DNA of 64,000 nucleotides from a virus, in the IMG/VR virus record IMGVR_UViG_3300042090_002370, positions 64,001-128,000 of that record, one strand, 5' to 3'. Made by a program: the position numbers and the translations under genes. The notes under the pieces were generated by a model. The model worked only from the letters and a program-made list of their open reading frames with translations. It was not told the DNA's origin and searched no databases. This document shows, one piece after another, positions 9,706-19,435 of this stretch. Within the stretch, counting starts at the first letter, position 1. Every line of letters begins with the position of its first letter.

Positions 9706-10491
9706 GTGTCGACTCTGGATAATGACCAAGCCTTCCTCGAGGCCCTTGAGAGTATCGGTGACAAGAAGAAGCTGCCGAAGATCGAAGGCGACCCCACAGT
9801 CATCGTTGAGGAGGGAAGTACAGATGCGCCGTCTGTTACCACGACTGTTCAGGCGCCCCCCGAGAACGTGACGGCGAAGAATATCTGGCGTCATCCAGAT
9901 GCGCACCCTATTGCGCTCGATTTCTTCCTTCTGCGTAGGTACGGCCATAGTTGGCTTGAATGGGAACCGGAGACCCTGCAGACGCTCATCCCAGAGGATT
10001 TCGGCACGCCGCTCCTCAGTGACCTCAACCTCTCGAAGCTACAGGCCTGTAAGACGCTGCATCTCGTCGATACATTCTGGCAGCAGTGGGAGATCTTCGT
10101 TGCCTGCCTGCGCCCCTTCAACAATGAGTTCCCCGACTTCGCCGTGATGCCCGCCCCCACAGTTGCAGAGGTATTGGTGGCATGTGACGTGGCAGCCCGT
10201 ATACGTGACGACGTGGCGTGGTCTACGGAGATGAAGGAGTACGTCAAGGTTGTCTACAAGCACGACGGGATCTTCCTACCGCTACCGCCTGCGGACTTCA
10301 TCACGCTTGAGGCGCCCGAGGAGATTGATCAGAAGCAACTCGCGGTGCGGTGGAATGAGGTACGCTCTACCGACAAGCCACCTGTTGGCGAGACGCACAT
10401 GGACGAGCAACTACGGCGGCTACTGACTGCGAATGACATTCTCGAGGAGAGCCGTGCGCGTCTACAGCGGCAGCTGAATCTACATGCTTGA
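9706..10491 (+). CDS. hypothetical protein
   Basis: SD AGGAGG before GTG. Confidence 0.8.
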   Translation: MSTLDNDQAFLEALESIGDKKKLPKIEGDPTVIVEEGSTDAPSVTTTVQAPPENVTAKNIWRHPDAHPIALDFFLLRRYGHSWLEWEPETLQTLIPEDFGTPLLSDLNLSKLQACKTLHLVDTFWQQWEIFVACLRPFNNEFPDFAVMPAPTVAEVLVACDVAARIRDDVAWSTEMKEYVKVVYKHDGIFLPLPPADFITLEAPEEIDQKQLAVRWNEVRSTDKPPVGETHMDEQLRRLLTANDILEESRARLQRQLNLHA

Positions 10492-11485
10492 GGCTACAAT
10501 CCACGCTTTCCGCGATGAGCTCCGTAAAGAGGCGACAACGCCGCTACTTGGGGCTCCGGGGCTGCTGCAACGGGCCAAACCAGTGTTACAGCGGGCAGGC
10601 GCACTCGGGGGCGTCGGTGCTCTCGGGGGGGCGGCTATTGGCGCTGGCCTAGGGGGTGCAAAGGGATACCGCGAGGCACGCGCAGAAGGGGCTGGAGTGG
10701 GCGGCGCAGCGTTACATGGGCTCCTCGGCGCCGGTGGCGGGGCTATACGCGGCGCCGGTTACGGCGCCCTGGCCGGAGCAGGTGCGGGCGCTTTTTCGAA
10801 GCTGGACACTAGCAAGCTCACTGCCGGTGAGGGCCTAATTCACAGCGCAGCCCGTTCTGGGCAGCGGCAGGTACACGCTCTCACAGGAATGCTAACGCCA
10901 GGTGAGCTTGAGGGGGTCCGCGGCGGTGCGTTTGACGCCAGGAAAGCGTTGGAGACCGCCAGGGGATTACCGCATGAAGCTAAAGCTCAAAAGGCCTTCA
11001 CGGCTGCTGACACGGCTCAGCACATGGGGCTTACCAGCGTTCCTGGCTATCTGAGAGCATTGAAAGACCGGCCAGTTAGTGAGGTTCTCGGTGCCAGCGC
11101 AAGGGAGCAGTATCACGGCATGCACCCTGCGCTGGGGGCGGTTATGGTTGGTCTGCCGGCCGCATCGGCAGTAGGTACACTTGCTAATAAGGAGAGCCCT
11201 ACCGGGCCAGGTAAGGGTGAGGAGCTCGGTCGTAATTTAGGTGGGGCTGTTGGTGGCGTAATGGGTGGGATGATGCCGGTGGGCGGCGCTGAGGTGATGA
11301 ATCGTCTGGGCACGGGCGCTGGCGCCGGCGTCGGCCGCGTCATCGATCGTATCCGTGGGCGCAAGCCTCTAGTCAATGACCTAGGCAACCCCAGCACGCT
11401 CGAACCTACCGAGTCGCAGAACACACCCAGTGAGCGCGTTACGAGCCCCTCAGCGGCAGGTGGGCAGAAAGATATAGGGCTGTGA
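10484..11485 (+). CDS. Gly/Ala-rich (glycine-zipper) putative virion protein
   Basis: GxxxG repeats after the N-terminal ...FRDELRKEA segment; directly upstream of portal. Confidence 0.7.
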   Translation: MLEATIHAFRDELRKEATTPLLGAPGLLQRAKPVLQRAGALGGVGALGGAAIGAGLGGAKGYREARAEGAGVGGAALHGLLGAGGGAIRGAGYGALAGAGAGAFSKLDTSKLTAGEGLIHSAARSGQRQVHALTGMLTPGELEGVRGGAFDARKALETARGLPHEAKAQKAFTAADTAQHMGLTSVPGYLRALKDRPVSEVLGASAREQYHGMHPALGAVMVGLPAASAVGTLANKESPTGPGKGEELGRNLGGAVGGVMGGMMPVGGAEVMNRLGTGAGAGVGRVIDRIRGRKPLVNDLGNPSTLEPTESQNTPSERVTSPSAAGGQKDIGL

Positions 11486-11486
11486 A

Positions 11487-14400
11487 ATGAGCTTCGTTGG
11501 ACCCGGTGGCGCAGTCGCTTCAGGCCCGGCTTCTGGCCTGCGGTTCGCGCAGTCGCGTGGGCGTATCCAGGGCTCCAATGTTACGGGCGTCAATTATCCG
11601 TCTCCGTTCTTCGATGTCGCCCACACCTACTTGCCCGTCACCGTCAAGGCGATGTTCAAATGGTGCCGCTATTACTTCCTCACGAATCCGCTCATCAATG
11701 CGGTAGTCTTCAAGTTGTCGGAGTACCCGGTCACCGACATCATCATTGACCATCCGTCGAATGAGGTGAAGAGGCGCTGGACCGACTACTTTCAAGACCA
11801 CCTTCGCTGGCAGCCATTTCGTGTAGAGGCCGGTCTCGATTACTTCGCATACGGTAACGGTTGTATCAGTCTAGGCTTCCCGTTCAAGAAGTATCTCTAC
11901 TGTAAGAACTGCGCGTTCCGGGATGAAGCGGGGAAGATTCGAGCGCAGTGGATCTTTACGAGCTTTCAGTTCCGCCTGACGTGCCCAAAGTGTGGCTACG
12001 TCGGCGACGCGCTCGCGAAGGACTTCTATTACAAGAATGCGAGCGGCATCAAGACCATCCGCTGGAATCCTGAAGACATCGAGATTACGTACAACGACAT
12101 CTCTGGGGAGTACACGTACTTCTACACCATCCCTGCAACGGTGCGTAATGACATTGTCATTGGCAGGAAGGACATTGTCGAAGGCGTGCCGCAGGTCTTC
12201 ATCCAAGCGATGCGTGAGCAGAAGGGTGTCATCTTCTCGAAGGACAACTTCTTCCACATGCGTAGGCCTACGTTGGCTACGCAGGACCGCGGTTGGGGCA
12301 CGCCACTTCTTCTGCCTGTTCTGAAGGACACGTTCTACCTCCAGGTCATGAAGAAGGCGCAGGAGGCCATCCTCCTCGAGCACATCGTTCCGTTGAGAGT
12401 TTTGTTTCCACAAGCCGGAAGCGGATCTAGCGACCCCTACTGCGTTTCGCCAGAGACTCTGGTCGAAACACCTTCTGGTTTGCTGCCGGCAGCAGAGGTT
12501 CGCGAGGGCGAGTTCCTTCGCAGCCACACGGGTGCGTGGCGACGCGTCGAGTACCAGAAGCGCCGTCAGATCAAGCCGGCCGAGAAGGTGTTCAAGTTCC
12601 AGATCGCCTCCCTTCCGGCCTTTCCGTTCGCGGTTTCGGAAGATCATCCGATCTTGGCGGTGCCTCGCGTATCCCGCAAGAAGCCGCGCGCTGGTCTGGT
12701 CGACCCGACTTTCATCGAAGCGAAAGCGCTCAAGAAGGGTGACTACGTTGCCTATCCCATCAAGCGCCAGATCCGTCGGGGTCAGATGCTCGATCTGGCA
12801 GACTACGTGACTGAGCGCGCAGCAACCGACAGCTGGGTCTACCGCCGGCTATCGCAGAGTGCTGCGGAAGCATACGAGTGGCTCGAGCAGAACGCAGATC
12901 CCGTGCACGCCTGGGGCGAACGGAAGAAGCTCCTGGAAGAGAAGGGATGGTCGGAGGCAGACTACGCTACTGCAGCAGCTGCGCGCCGCGAGCCTAAGGT
13001 AGATCGCGTGAGCCGCTTTCTGCCGATGTGCCCTGCTCTGGGTTCACTCATTGGCTACTACCTGTCCGAGGGATCGTACGGTGGTTCCACGGTTTCTTTC
13101 TCGCTGCACCTCGAGGAGAAGGACTTCGCAGAGCTCATTGAAAGCGCTGTGAAGAGGCTCGGGTTCCGTGGCGTGTCGCACTACGAGCGCCCAGAGCAAC
13201 ACGGTCGAACTGTTGTCATTGAGGATGTGATCCTATCCGAGCTGTTGGTCTCCATGTGCGGCTCCGGCTTTGCCGAGAAGCGCATCCCAGACGTTGTGTC
13301 GGAGGCTAGTGACGTCATCGTCCTGGATATGCTCCGTGCGCTGTTCAACGGAGATGGCTGTGACTTCAAGACAACCACAGATCGCGTCGGGTTGAAACTT
13401 GCGAACCCCTCGATGATCATGGAGGCGCGTCGACTCCTGCTCTCGTTCGGTCTCATCGGAGGCGTGGTCAAAGAGGAACCTACTGCCACCACGAAGTTCC
13501 GAACGACGAGTTACCAGCTGAACTACAACGGCCACGCCGCATATAAGCTACGGCACTTGTTCGGTAGGCCTGGGGGCTTTGACTGGCAGGAGCTGCCGCA
13601 GAAGAGCGGCCTCGTGCGTGGTGACTACGTGCTCTTGCGGATCGATGCCGTGCACGAAGTTGCCGATGTTCCCGAGGTCATCGGCTTTCAAATGGCGGAG
13701 GACAAGAGCTTCTGTGTCGCCGGTGTCGCGACACACAACACGACGATCAATCTCATCGACTGGCGTGACCAGGTCGCCGCTGAGATCGCCCGCTGGCGTT
13801 ATGACAACAACTACATACCCATCATGCCGTTGCCGCTAGGCAACCAGACCATTGGTGGTGACGGTCGTGCGCTCATGCTCACGCAGGAGATCACGACTTG
13901 GAGCGACCAGATTCTTAATGGCATGGGAGTGCCCGTGGAATTCATACGCGGCGGCCTTTCCTACGCCGGGACTAACGTCTCCATGCGCATGATGGAGAAC
14001 ATGTTCCTTGGGTACATCTCGAGGCAGAAGGCCCTCGCCAAGTTCGTAATGAAGCAGGTCTCTAGCTTCCTTGGTTGGCCGGAGGCGAACATTCGCTTCA
14101 AGCCATTCAAGATGGCCGACGATCTGCAGCGGAAGGCCTACTTGTTCCAGTTGAATCAGGCGAACAAGGTGAGCGACACGACGCTGCTAGCGGACAGTGA
14201 CCTCGACCAGGACGAAGAGAACGAGATTATGATTCGCGAGACGGACAAGCGAATCGAGGCGACGAAGAAACAGCAGCTGGCCATGGCCCGCATTCAGGGT
14301 GAGGCGCAGCAGATCATGATGAAGTTCCAGACTAAGGCACAGCAGGATGCGCAGCAGGCTATGGGCGCCCCCGCTGCGCCAGGCGAGCCTGGGGGTATAG

Positions 14401-14852
14401 AAATGCAGGGGCAGGGTGGAGGTCCAGGTGGCGCCGGCGGCGAAGGCGCGATGCGGACAATGCCTGTGGAGATGCAGGCCGCTGGGGCCGGCGCGAGCGG
14501 TATGGCTGCGCCACCCGCGCAGCCTACGGACCCGTCGCCGCAGGACTTTCTCTCGTCGGTCTCGAGCCAGCTTACGGGTGAGACGAGACTGAACCAGGAG
14601 CAGAGCCAGAAGGGTATTGACCTTCCCACTTATGCGATGGGCCAAGCAAAGCTACTCGTAACGATGGCTAAGCCTCAGCAGGAACAGGCCCTGAGAAACA
14701 TTCAGGCGATGAGCCCGGAGCTCGCCGACCTGGTGAAGCAGATGCTGGCTGAACTGCAGCCGCAGGAGCAGGCTGATAGCGGTAGTGCTGGCGTAGACAC
14801 GCGACCTCTACCGCAACAGCGTCCACCGCGACGAGCGGGCGGGATGGTGTGA
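11487..14852 (+). CDS. portal protein (intein-containing precursor)
   Basis: YYFLTNPLINAVV, DYFAYGNG, FHMRR..GWG.P.L.P, GMGVP..F.G...YA portal-like pattern; ~688 aa after intein removal. Confidence 0.75.
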   Translation: MSFVGPGGAVASGPASGLRFAQSRGRIQGSNVTGVNYPSPFFDVAHTYLPVTVKAMFKWCRYYFLTNPLINAVVFKLSEYPVTDIIIDHPSNEVKRRWTDYFQDHLRWQPFRVEAGLDYFAYGNGCISLGFPFKKYLYCKNCAFRDEAGKIRAQWIFTSFQFRLTCPKCGYVGDALAKDFYYKNASGIKTIRWNPEDIEITYNDISGEYTYFYTIPATVRNDIVIGRKDIVEGVPQVFIQAMREQKGVIFSKDNFFHMRRPTLATQDRGWGTPLLLPVLKDTFYLQVMKKAQEAILLEHIVPLRVLFPQAGSGSSDPYCVSPETLVETPSGLLPAAEVREGEFLRSHTGAWRRVEYQKRRQIKPAEKVFKFQIASLPAFPFAVSEDHPILAVPRVSRKKPRAGLVDPTFIEAKALKKGDYVAYPIKRQIRRGQMLDLADYVTERAATDSWVYRRLSQSAAEAYEWLEQNADPVHAWGERKKLLEEKGWSEADYATAAAARREPKVDRVSRFLPMCPALGSLIGYYLSEGSYGGSTVSFSLHLEEKDFAELIESAVKRLGFRGVSHYERPEQHGRTVVIEDVILSELLVSMCGSGFAEKRIPDVVSEASDVIVLDMLRALFNGDGCDFKTTTDRVGLKLANPSMIMEARRLLLSFGLIGGVVKEEPTATTKFRTTSYQLNYNGHAAYKLRHLFGRPGGFDWQELPQKSGLVRGDYVLLRIDAVHEVADVPEVIGFQMAEDKSFCVAGVATHNTTINLIDWRDQVAAEIARWRYDNNYIPIMPLPLGNQTIGGDGRALMLTQEITTWSDQILNGMGVPVEFIRGGLSYAGTNVSMRMMENMFLGYISRQKALAKFVMKQVSSFLGWPEANIRFKPFKMADDLQRKAYLFQLNQANKVSDTTLLADSDLDQDEENEIMIRETDKRIEATKKQQLAMARIQGEAQQIMMKFQTKAQQDAQQAMGAPAAPGEPGGIEMQGQGGGPGGAGGEGAMRTMPVEMQAAGAGASGMAAPPAQPTDPSPQDFLSSVSSQLTGETRLNQEQSQKGIDLPTYAMGQAKLLVTMAKPQQEQALRNIQAMSPELADLVKQMLAELQPQEQADSGSAGVDTRPLPQQRPPRRAGGMV
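12441..13739 (+). mobile_element. intein with LAGLIDADG homing endonuclease in the portal gene (433 aa)
   Basis: Starts CVSPETLV, block B SEDHPIL, LIGYYLSEG and LFNGDG endonuclease motifs, ends ATHN followed by Thr. Confidence 0.92.
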
Positions 14853-14901
14853 CCGGCCGTCAGCCGCGAGCTGCTCGCCAGGCGGAGCGTAAGGCGAACA
14901 G

Positions 14902-14934
14902 GTAGCTAAAAAAAGGGGCGGCACTGCCGCCCCT
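14902..14934 (-). terminator. intrinsic terminator with U7-AGCUAC tail
   Basis: Perfect 9-bp stem AGGGGCGGC/GCCGCCCCT (14914-14934) then TTTTTTTAGCTAC on minus; abuts the stop of the 14934-15155 gene. Confidence 0.85.
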
Positions 14935-15155
14935 CATTTGCATGATTCCTCGACGATGGCTTCGGCGAGGTCGACGCGCCACTGTTCATCGAGGCGCTTT
15001 CGGTCCTCGTAGGTCTGGTAGGGAACTGAGAGGAGGAACCGGTAGCAGCGGCTGACGCTCTCCGGCGACCGGTCCTCCACTTGGTTAGGTCCTGACCATA
15101 TCCAGCGACCGCGATCGTTCCACCAGTACCCGGTATGCGGGAACCATGTGCGCAT
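14934..15155 (-). CDS. small Trp-rich hypothetical protein
   Basis: 1-nt overlap with the upstream gene; ends at the terminator. Confidence 0.6.
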   Translation of the reverse strand: MRTWFPHTGYWWNDRGRWIWSGPNQVEDRSPESVSRCYRFLLSVPYQTYEDRKRLDEQWRVDLAEAIVEESCK

Positions 15156-16669
15156 CAGATACTGATGTCGTCTTCGTCATCCTCATCGGGCTCGTCCGGT
15201 AGAATGACTGCGGCCTTGCGTTGCTTCGGGTCCTCGGTGACGAAGACCGTGTGCCCGTAGCGGGCTGGGGCCTTGTTCCTGGCGTATCCGCCGAGGATTA
15301 GGCACCACACGATGTCCATGTACATCGGCGGCTTCTTGGGGGCCGCGCCGTCGCCGTCGGTGCAGTAGATGAGGATGTCGGGACGGGGGAAGAGCTTGTC
15401 GGCCGCCTTGATGGCTGGGATGAAGCTCGTGCCGCCGCGGCCGTGGGCCTCATTCAGCGTGCGGAAAAACTGCGGACCTACGCGCTTCCACGGCATGGCG
15501 ACGTCCGCGTCAGCATCTGTAAACCAGGCCTCGTCGACGCCGAGCGCCAGGAGGATGTGGTAGGCCTCGCGGATGCAGGCGTTGAGCTGCTCGATGTTCA
15601 TCGAGCCGGAGGTGTCTCGGACGATGGCGACTTCGGGCTGGTGCTCGATCATGCCTGGGCGGACGATGCCCCTCATGATGGAGCGTTTGGATGGGCGGGA
15701 CATCGAGAAGTCCTCCCCACCAGCCTGTACGCGACCGGTGGAGTGACGGATAACGTGCGCGAGTTCTGTCTGCCAGCGCACGTGCGGTTCCTCGATGAGG
15801 GCTTTGGCGAGCTCAGCCAGGCCTGCAGGAACGCTTCCGCGCCCATTCGCTTCGATGTGCGCTGCGATGTCCGCAGCCGTCTTTTTGGTGATGGTTTCCA
15901 TTTCGACGGCGCTGCGGCCATGTTCGGCGTTCAGCTTGTCGACAAGACGAGGATCGTCTGTTCCACCGGCTATGCTGCCGCAGTGGCCGGAGCAGACGCC
16001 GTTACCAAGTCCAGGTTTGGGCTCTTGCTTACTTTGACCTCCATCTTGGTCAGGCTGGCCGGCCGGCTCTTGCGTTTGCTGTGAGGGCGTGGCGCCATGC
16101 CCGCTTTGGCTTTGATCCTGCTTCTGCTGAGGATTTTGTCCGCCTCCCTGTTTATTAGGCGCTCCTTTGCCGGAGTTTCCGATGCTGGGCGTCGGCATGG
16201 TGGCGCCATTATGCTTCATCTGTAAAAGCCGGTCGTAGTACTCTTCTGTGGAAAGGCCCTCCGGTAACCCGACGTGCGCAGGAAAGATGGCGGGTCGCGT
16301 TGATTTCTCACCGGCGAGCTCCCAGATGCCTGTGTTGCGCATGTCAGGATTGATGGTGAGGTCGCCGGCCAGATTGAAGAGGTTTTTGTCTTCTACAGTC
16401 GCTCCGCGCTCGAAGTGCCTGCGCATGAAGTGGTTGACTTCATGGACGATGTCTGCGGCTAGCTCCTTGATGCTTGCTTCGTTGATCCACTGCGGGTCGT
16501 AAGCCAGTACCATCTGCGCTGTTACGCCCATGGTGCCAAGGCCTTCGACAGGCACGTAGATGAAACCGTGTACTACGCTCGCGAAGTATGGTGCATCGAA
16601 GACGACTGCTGCTCTCGCATAGGAAAGCTTGTCCTCGATAGTGTCCACAGATGGTATGAGCGAGATCAT
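15155..16669 (-). CDS. HExxH metallopeptidase-like + VWA-like domain protein (DUF2201-type)
   Basis: VHEVNHF, FNLAGDL.IN, SRPSKR, DTSGSM (MIDAS), GRGGTSF and TDG motifs. Confidence 0.85.
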   Translation of the reverse strand: MISLIPSVDTIEDKLSYARAAVVFDAPYFASVVHGFIYVPVEGLGTMGVTAQMVLAYDPQWINEASIKELAADIVHEVNHFMRRHFERGATVEDKNLFNLAGDLTINPDMRNTGIWELAGEKSTRPAIFPAHVGLPEGLSTEEYYDRLLQMKHNGATMPTPSIGNSGKGAPNKQGGGQNPQQKQDQSQSGHGATPSQQTQEPAGQPDQDGGQSKQEPKPGLGNGVCSGHCGSIAGGTDDPRLVDKLNAEHGRSAVEMETITKKTAADIAAHIEANGRGSVPAGLAELAKALIEEPHVRWQTELAHVIRHSTGRVQAGGEDFSMSRPSKRSIMRGIVRPGMIEHQPEVAIVRDTSGSMNIEQLNACIREAYHILLALGVDEAWFTDADADVAMPWKRVGPQFFRTLNEAHGRGGTSFIPAIKAADKLFPRPDILIYCTDGDGAAPKKPPMYMDIVWCLILGGYARNKAPARYGHTVFVTEDPKQRKAAVILPDEPDEDDEDDISI

Positions 16670-17862
16670 GGGTTTCGCGTTGTGTGTACGAAGAGAGATA
16701 TCTTGTCCGCGAACTTCTTGATGATCTTACGGGACACTGCGTCCATCGCCGATGAGTGCTTCGTGGTGAAGCCTGCGCGCATTAGAGGTACTGCGGCAGC
16801 GCATGCGGCATCGAGCATACCGTGCTTCTCCCAGGCATCGGTGAGCAATACCCATGCTTTCAACGCCCACTTTGTGCGCTCATCCTTGTCTGGCTTCGCA
16901 AGTGTCCAGGCGATGGCTTGGCCGTAGGCGGCGAAGCAGATATCAAGGCGGCGCTTGTCGGGCTCCCATCCGTTTGTCAGCATGTCTTCTGGACTCGGCA
17001 TGTTGGCTTTGAGGGTCCATTCTCCCCATGCAGCTGCTGGCCCTTTTCCAACGCACGCGGTGATGAACTCGAGACGCCACTCCTTACGGCCGATGCATTC
17101 GCAGGTGGCAGCGACGTTGGTGGCGAGGTCCCAGGTTCTGGGTGACGGCCACGCGCGGCCGCGGTCGACGTGACCGTCGCGCGGTATTTTCAGGAGCGTA
17201 TCCGGACCTAGGCTTTTGATGAACCCAGCGAATAGCCCTTGGTAGTAGGGGAAGACGTCGGGCCACTTCTTGCGGACCATCTCCTCGCCCTCATCGGCGC
17301 CGATGACCTGAGCAGCGTGGTTGCCCATTCGCCATGAGGCCCACTTGTCCGGCGACGGCGTAGGCATGTCGAAATGCATAAGGCGATTGGCCATAGGTAA
17401 GGATAGTGGCCAACCGCCTGCAGCTTCCTCTGGCGGGTTGGCGGCGGCCATGATGCGGATGCCTCCTGGTAGACGCTTGTTAGCCAGGATGCGGTCGCGC
17501 ACGAGACTCAGGCCTGCGCCCTGTACTGCCGGGCGTGCGCAGGTGAGCTCGTCTACGAAAATGACACCGCGCTTGGCCCTGATGAGATCTTGGATGCCGG
17601 GGTGCGCGATGTGTGTTGTCACACCGCCCTTGCCATCAGACATCGGAATGCCGCCGAGTTCTTCTGGTTGTGCTGTCGACAAGAAGAGCTCGCTTACGCT
17701 AAGCCCCACTGCGTGACCGGCCTCGCGGACGCTGTCGGACTTGCCAATGCCCGGCGACCCCCAGAGGATAGCAGGCGCACCCCAACGGCAATCATCGTCG
17801 TATGGGTTGTCCATCGGTGTGAGAAGTGCAACGGAGATGAGGTGTTCGACGGGGATGTCCAT
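16666..17862 (-). CDS. MoxR-like AAA+ ATPase
   Basis: GSPGIGKS, FVDEL, AANP and ANRL motifs; coupled to the VWA gene. Confidence 0.88.
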   Translation of the reverse strand: MDIPVEHLISVALLTPMDNPYDDDCRWGAPAILWGSPGIGKSDSVREAGHAVGLSVSELFLSTAQPEELGGIPMSDGKGGVTTHIAHPGIQDLIRAKRGVIFVDELTCARPAVQGAGLSLVRDRILANKRLPGGIRIMAAANPPEEAAGGWPLSLPMANRLMHFDMPTPSPDKWASWRMGNHAAQVIGADEGEEMVRKKWPDVFPYYQGLFAGFIKSLGPDTLLKIPRDGHVDRGRAWPSPRTWDLATNVAATCECIGRKEWRLEFITACVGKGPAAAWGEWTLKANMPSPEDMLTNGWEPDKRRLDICFAAYGQAIAWTLAKPDKDERTKWALKAWVLLTDAWEKHGMLDAACAAAVPLMRAGFTTKHSSAMDAVSRKIIKKFADKISLFVHTTRNP

Positions 17863-17870
17863 GTTGGTCT

Positions 17871-18494
17871 CTATCGATATTCGATGGTGGTTGGTTCAGC
17901 GGGCTGTTCTTCATCTTCCTCTGGCGCTTCGAAGTGGCAGCGGCATTCGCATTCTGACGCTCTCCAGCAGCGAGCTTGGATGCAATCGACGCATTCGCCG
18001 TACTCTGTAAGGTCGGGCCACATATCGATGCACCCATCGTTCAGGAGCGACATGCAGTAGAGGCAGATCAGATCGGGGTTACTGATGCCTAAGAAAGAGG
18101 CATCGTGCATGCCGTTCGGTGCGCGTTCGGAGATGTGGAACTCGCCGAGCGTTGCGAGCCCAGCGAGTTCAAACTCTCGTATGCCACTGCCGCAGCAGAC
18201 GCACTCGAACTTGCTATCGTAGTCGTTGACCGGTAGTTCGTCCTCCATGTCGCTGTGTATTTCGCCGTAGTTCTTCTCCCAGCACTGGATGCAGAAATAG
18301 TAGGGCTCGAATCGGAAGCAGCCGTCCGGGTCGTGCTCGTCGATGACCTCGTAGTGCAGTACGCCTTCCTGACCGCGTTTCGAGCGAACAATCTGGAGAA
18401 GAAAAACCTCGTCCATGTAAACCACGGCTCCGCCACAATCGGCGCAGATGTGGTCCGTTTTGCGCAGCTCGATTGGGTCTAGCTCTTTTCCCAA
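17871..18494 (-). CDS. acidic multi-CxxC (zinc-binding) hypothetical protein
   Basis: CADC, CIQC, CVCC, CLYC, CVDC and CECRCH motifs. Confidence 0.75.
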   Translation of the reverse strand: MGKELDPIELRKTDHICADCGGAVVYMDEVFLLQIVRSKRGQEGVLHYEVIDEHDPDGCFRFEPYYFCIQCWEKNYGEIHSDMEDELPVNDYDSKFECVCCGSGIREFELAGLATLGEFHISERAPNGMHDASFLGISNPDLICLYCMSLLNDGCIDMWPDLTEYGECVDCIQARCWRASECECRCHFEAPEEDEEQPAEPTTIEYR

Positions 18495-19063
18495 CGTACT
18501 CTCTTCCTCTCTGCTCGCATCCAGCGGTGCTCAATGGTCTCGAAGCGCGTGTCGGGCGACTGCCCTGTTTCTGGTGCGTAGTCCCCGAGCATTACAAAGA
18601 GATCTTCTACGTCATAGTTCTTCCCTATGTGTACACGCCTGGCTATGTCGTACTCCGTGGTGAGGATGCTCATCGGCATCTGTGTTCGCAGCAGGCCTTC
18701 TCGTTCGAGTAGGTCGTCGCGTAGGTCTTCGTCGTCGCAGGCCAGACCGACCCAGCTCTCACTGGTGCAATCAACGTAGTACTCGTCCAGCCATGGGCAG
18801 AACTCGCCGGGTTGGGCGTAGCCCAGTATTACTTCCAGATCGCGTTGATTGCAGAAGGAGATGAATCCCTTCTGGTCGCGAATCTTTACGCGCAGGCCGC
18901 CTAGAACGCGGCCTGGGATGGGCATGTATGCGGTCTCGACTTGCCAGATACGTCGAGCATCGAGGGGGTCCGTAAACCGAACCCCCTCGATGCCTAGCTG
19001 TGTTTCTATGACGCGGGTTCCTGGGAATGTACTGGGTCTGTCACGGTACAGGTTGATGATCAA
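18479..19063 (-). CDS. hypothetical protein
   Basis: TTG start with GGAG SD; in operon. Confidence 0.7.
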   Translation of the reverse strand: MIINLYRDRPSTFPGTRVIETQLGIEGVRFTDPLDARRIWQVETAYMPIPGRVLGGLRVKIRDQKGFISFCNQRDLEVILGYAQPGEFCPWLDEYYVDCTSESWVGLACDDEDLRDDLLEREGLLRTQMPMSILTTEYDIARRVHIGKNYDVEDLFVMLGDYAPETGQSPDTRFETIEHRWMRAERKRVRWEKS

Positions 19064-19154
19064 GGTGCTCCGTCAGCTTGCGATGAATCCACAGCATGAT
19101 GCCGTTGAGAAAACCGGCGAGTATGAACCACAAGAGACTCTTTCTCACGCTTCT

Positions 19155-19164
19155 CTTATTCCCG
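19155..19164 (-). promoter_or_regulatory. putative class I promoter motif CGGGAATAAG
   Basis: Intergenic, upstream of the MoxR operon. Confidence 0.55.
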
Positions 19165-19186
19165 TAGTGTTCAACCTATTTCCGCG

Positions 19187-19342
19187 TTACTCGCCCTCGT
19201 CTTCGCTTTCCTCGTCGTCTTCATCGAAGTCTTCATCGAAGTCTTCGGACCCGTCGTCTGTAGGTAGCAGCTCGCGTTCGATCTTTCGCTCCATGCCGCC
19301 ACCCACCGTCTCTTCTTTTACCTTCTTGTCCTTCGGTCCCAT
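19187..19342 (-). CDS. small protein with a highly acidic C-terminus (51 aa)
   Basis: ATG 19342 with SD GAAAGG; MGPKDKK...EDFDEDFDEDDEESEDEGE. Confidence 0.65.
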   Translation of the reverse strand: MGPKDKKVKEETVGGGMERKIERELLPTDDGSEDFDEDFDEDDEESEDEGE

Positions 19343-19378
19343 ATTGATGCCTTTCGTGGCGTTGCATCTCCCATCTCT

Positions 19379-19388
19379 CTTATCCCGC
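19379..19388 (-). promoter_or_regulatory. putative class I promoter motif GCGGGATAAG
   Basis: Ends about 37 nt upstream of ATG 19342; divergent from the RNAP gene. Confidence 0.65.
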
Positions 19389-19435
19389 GGCGGTGCGTTT
19401 TTTGGTGTCGTTGGCCTTATGCCGGACGGCATGAG

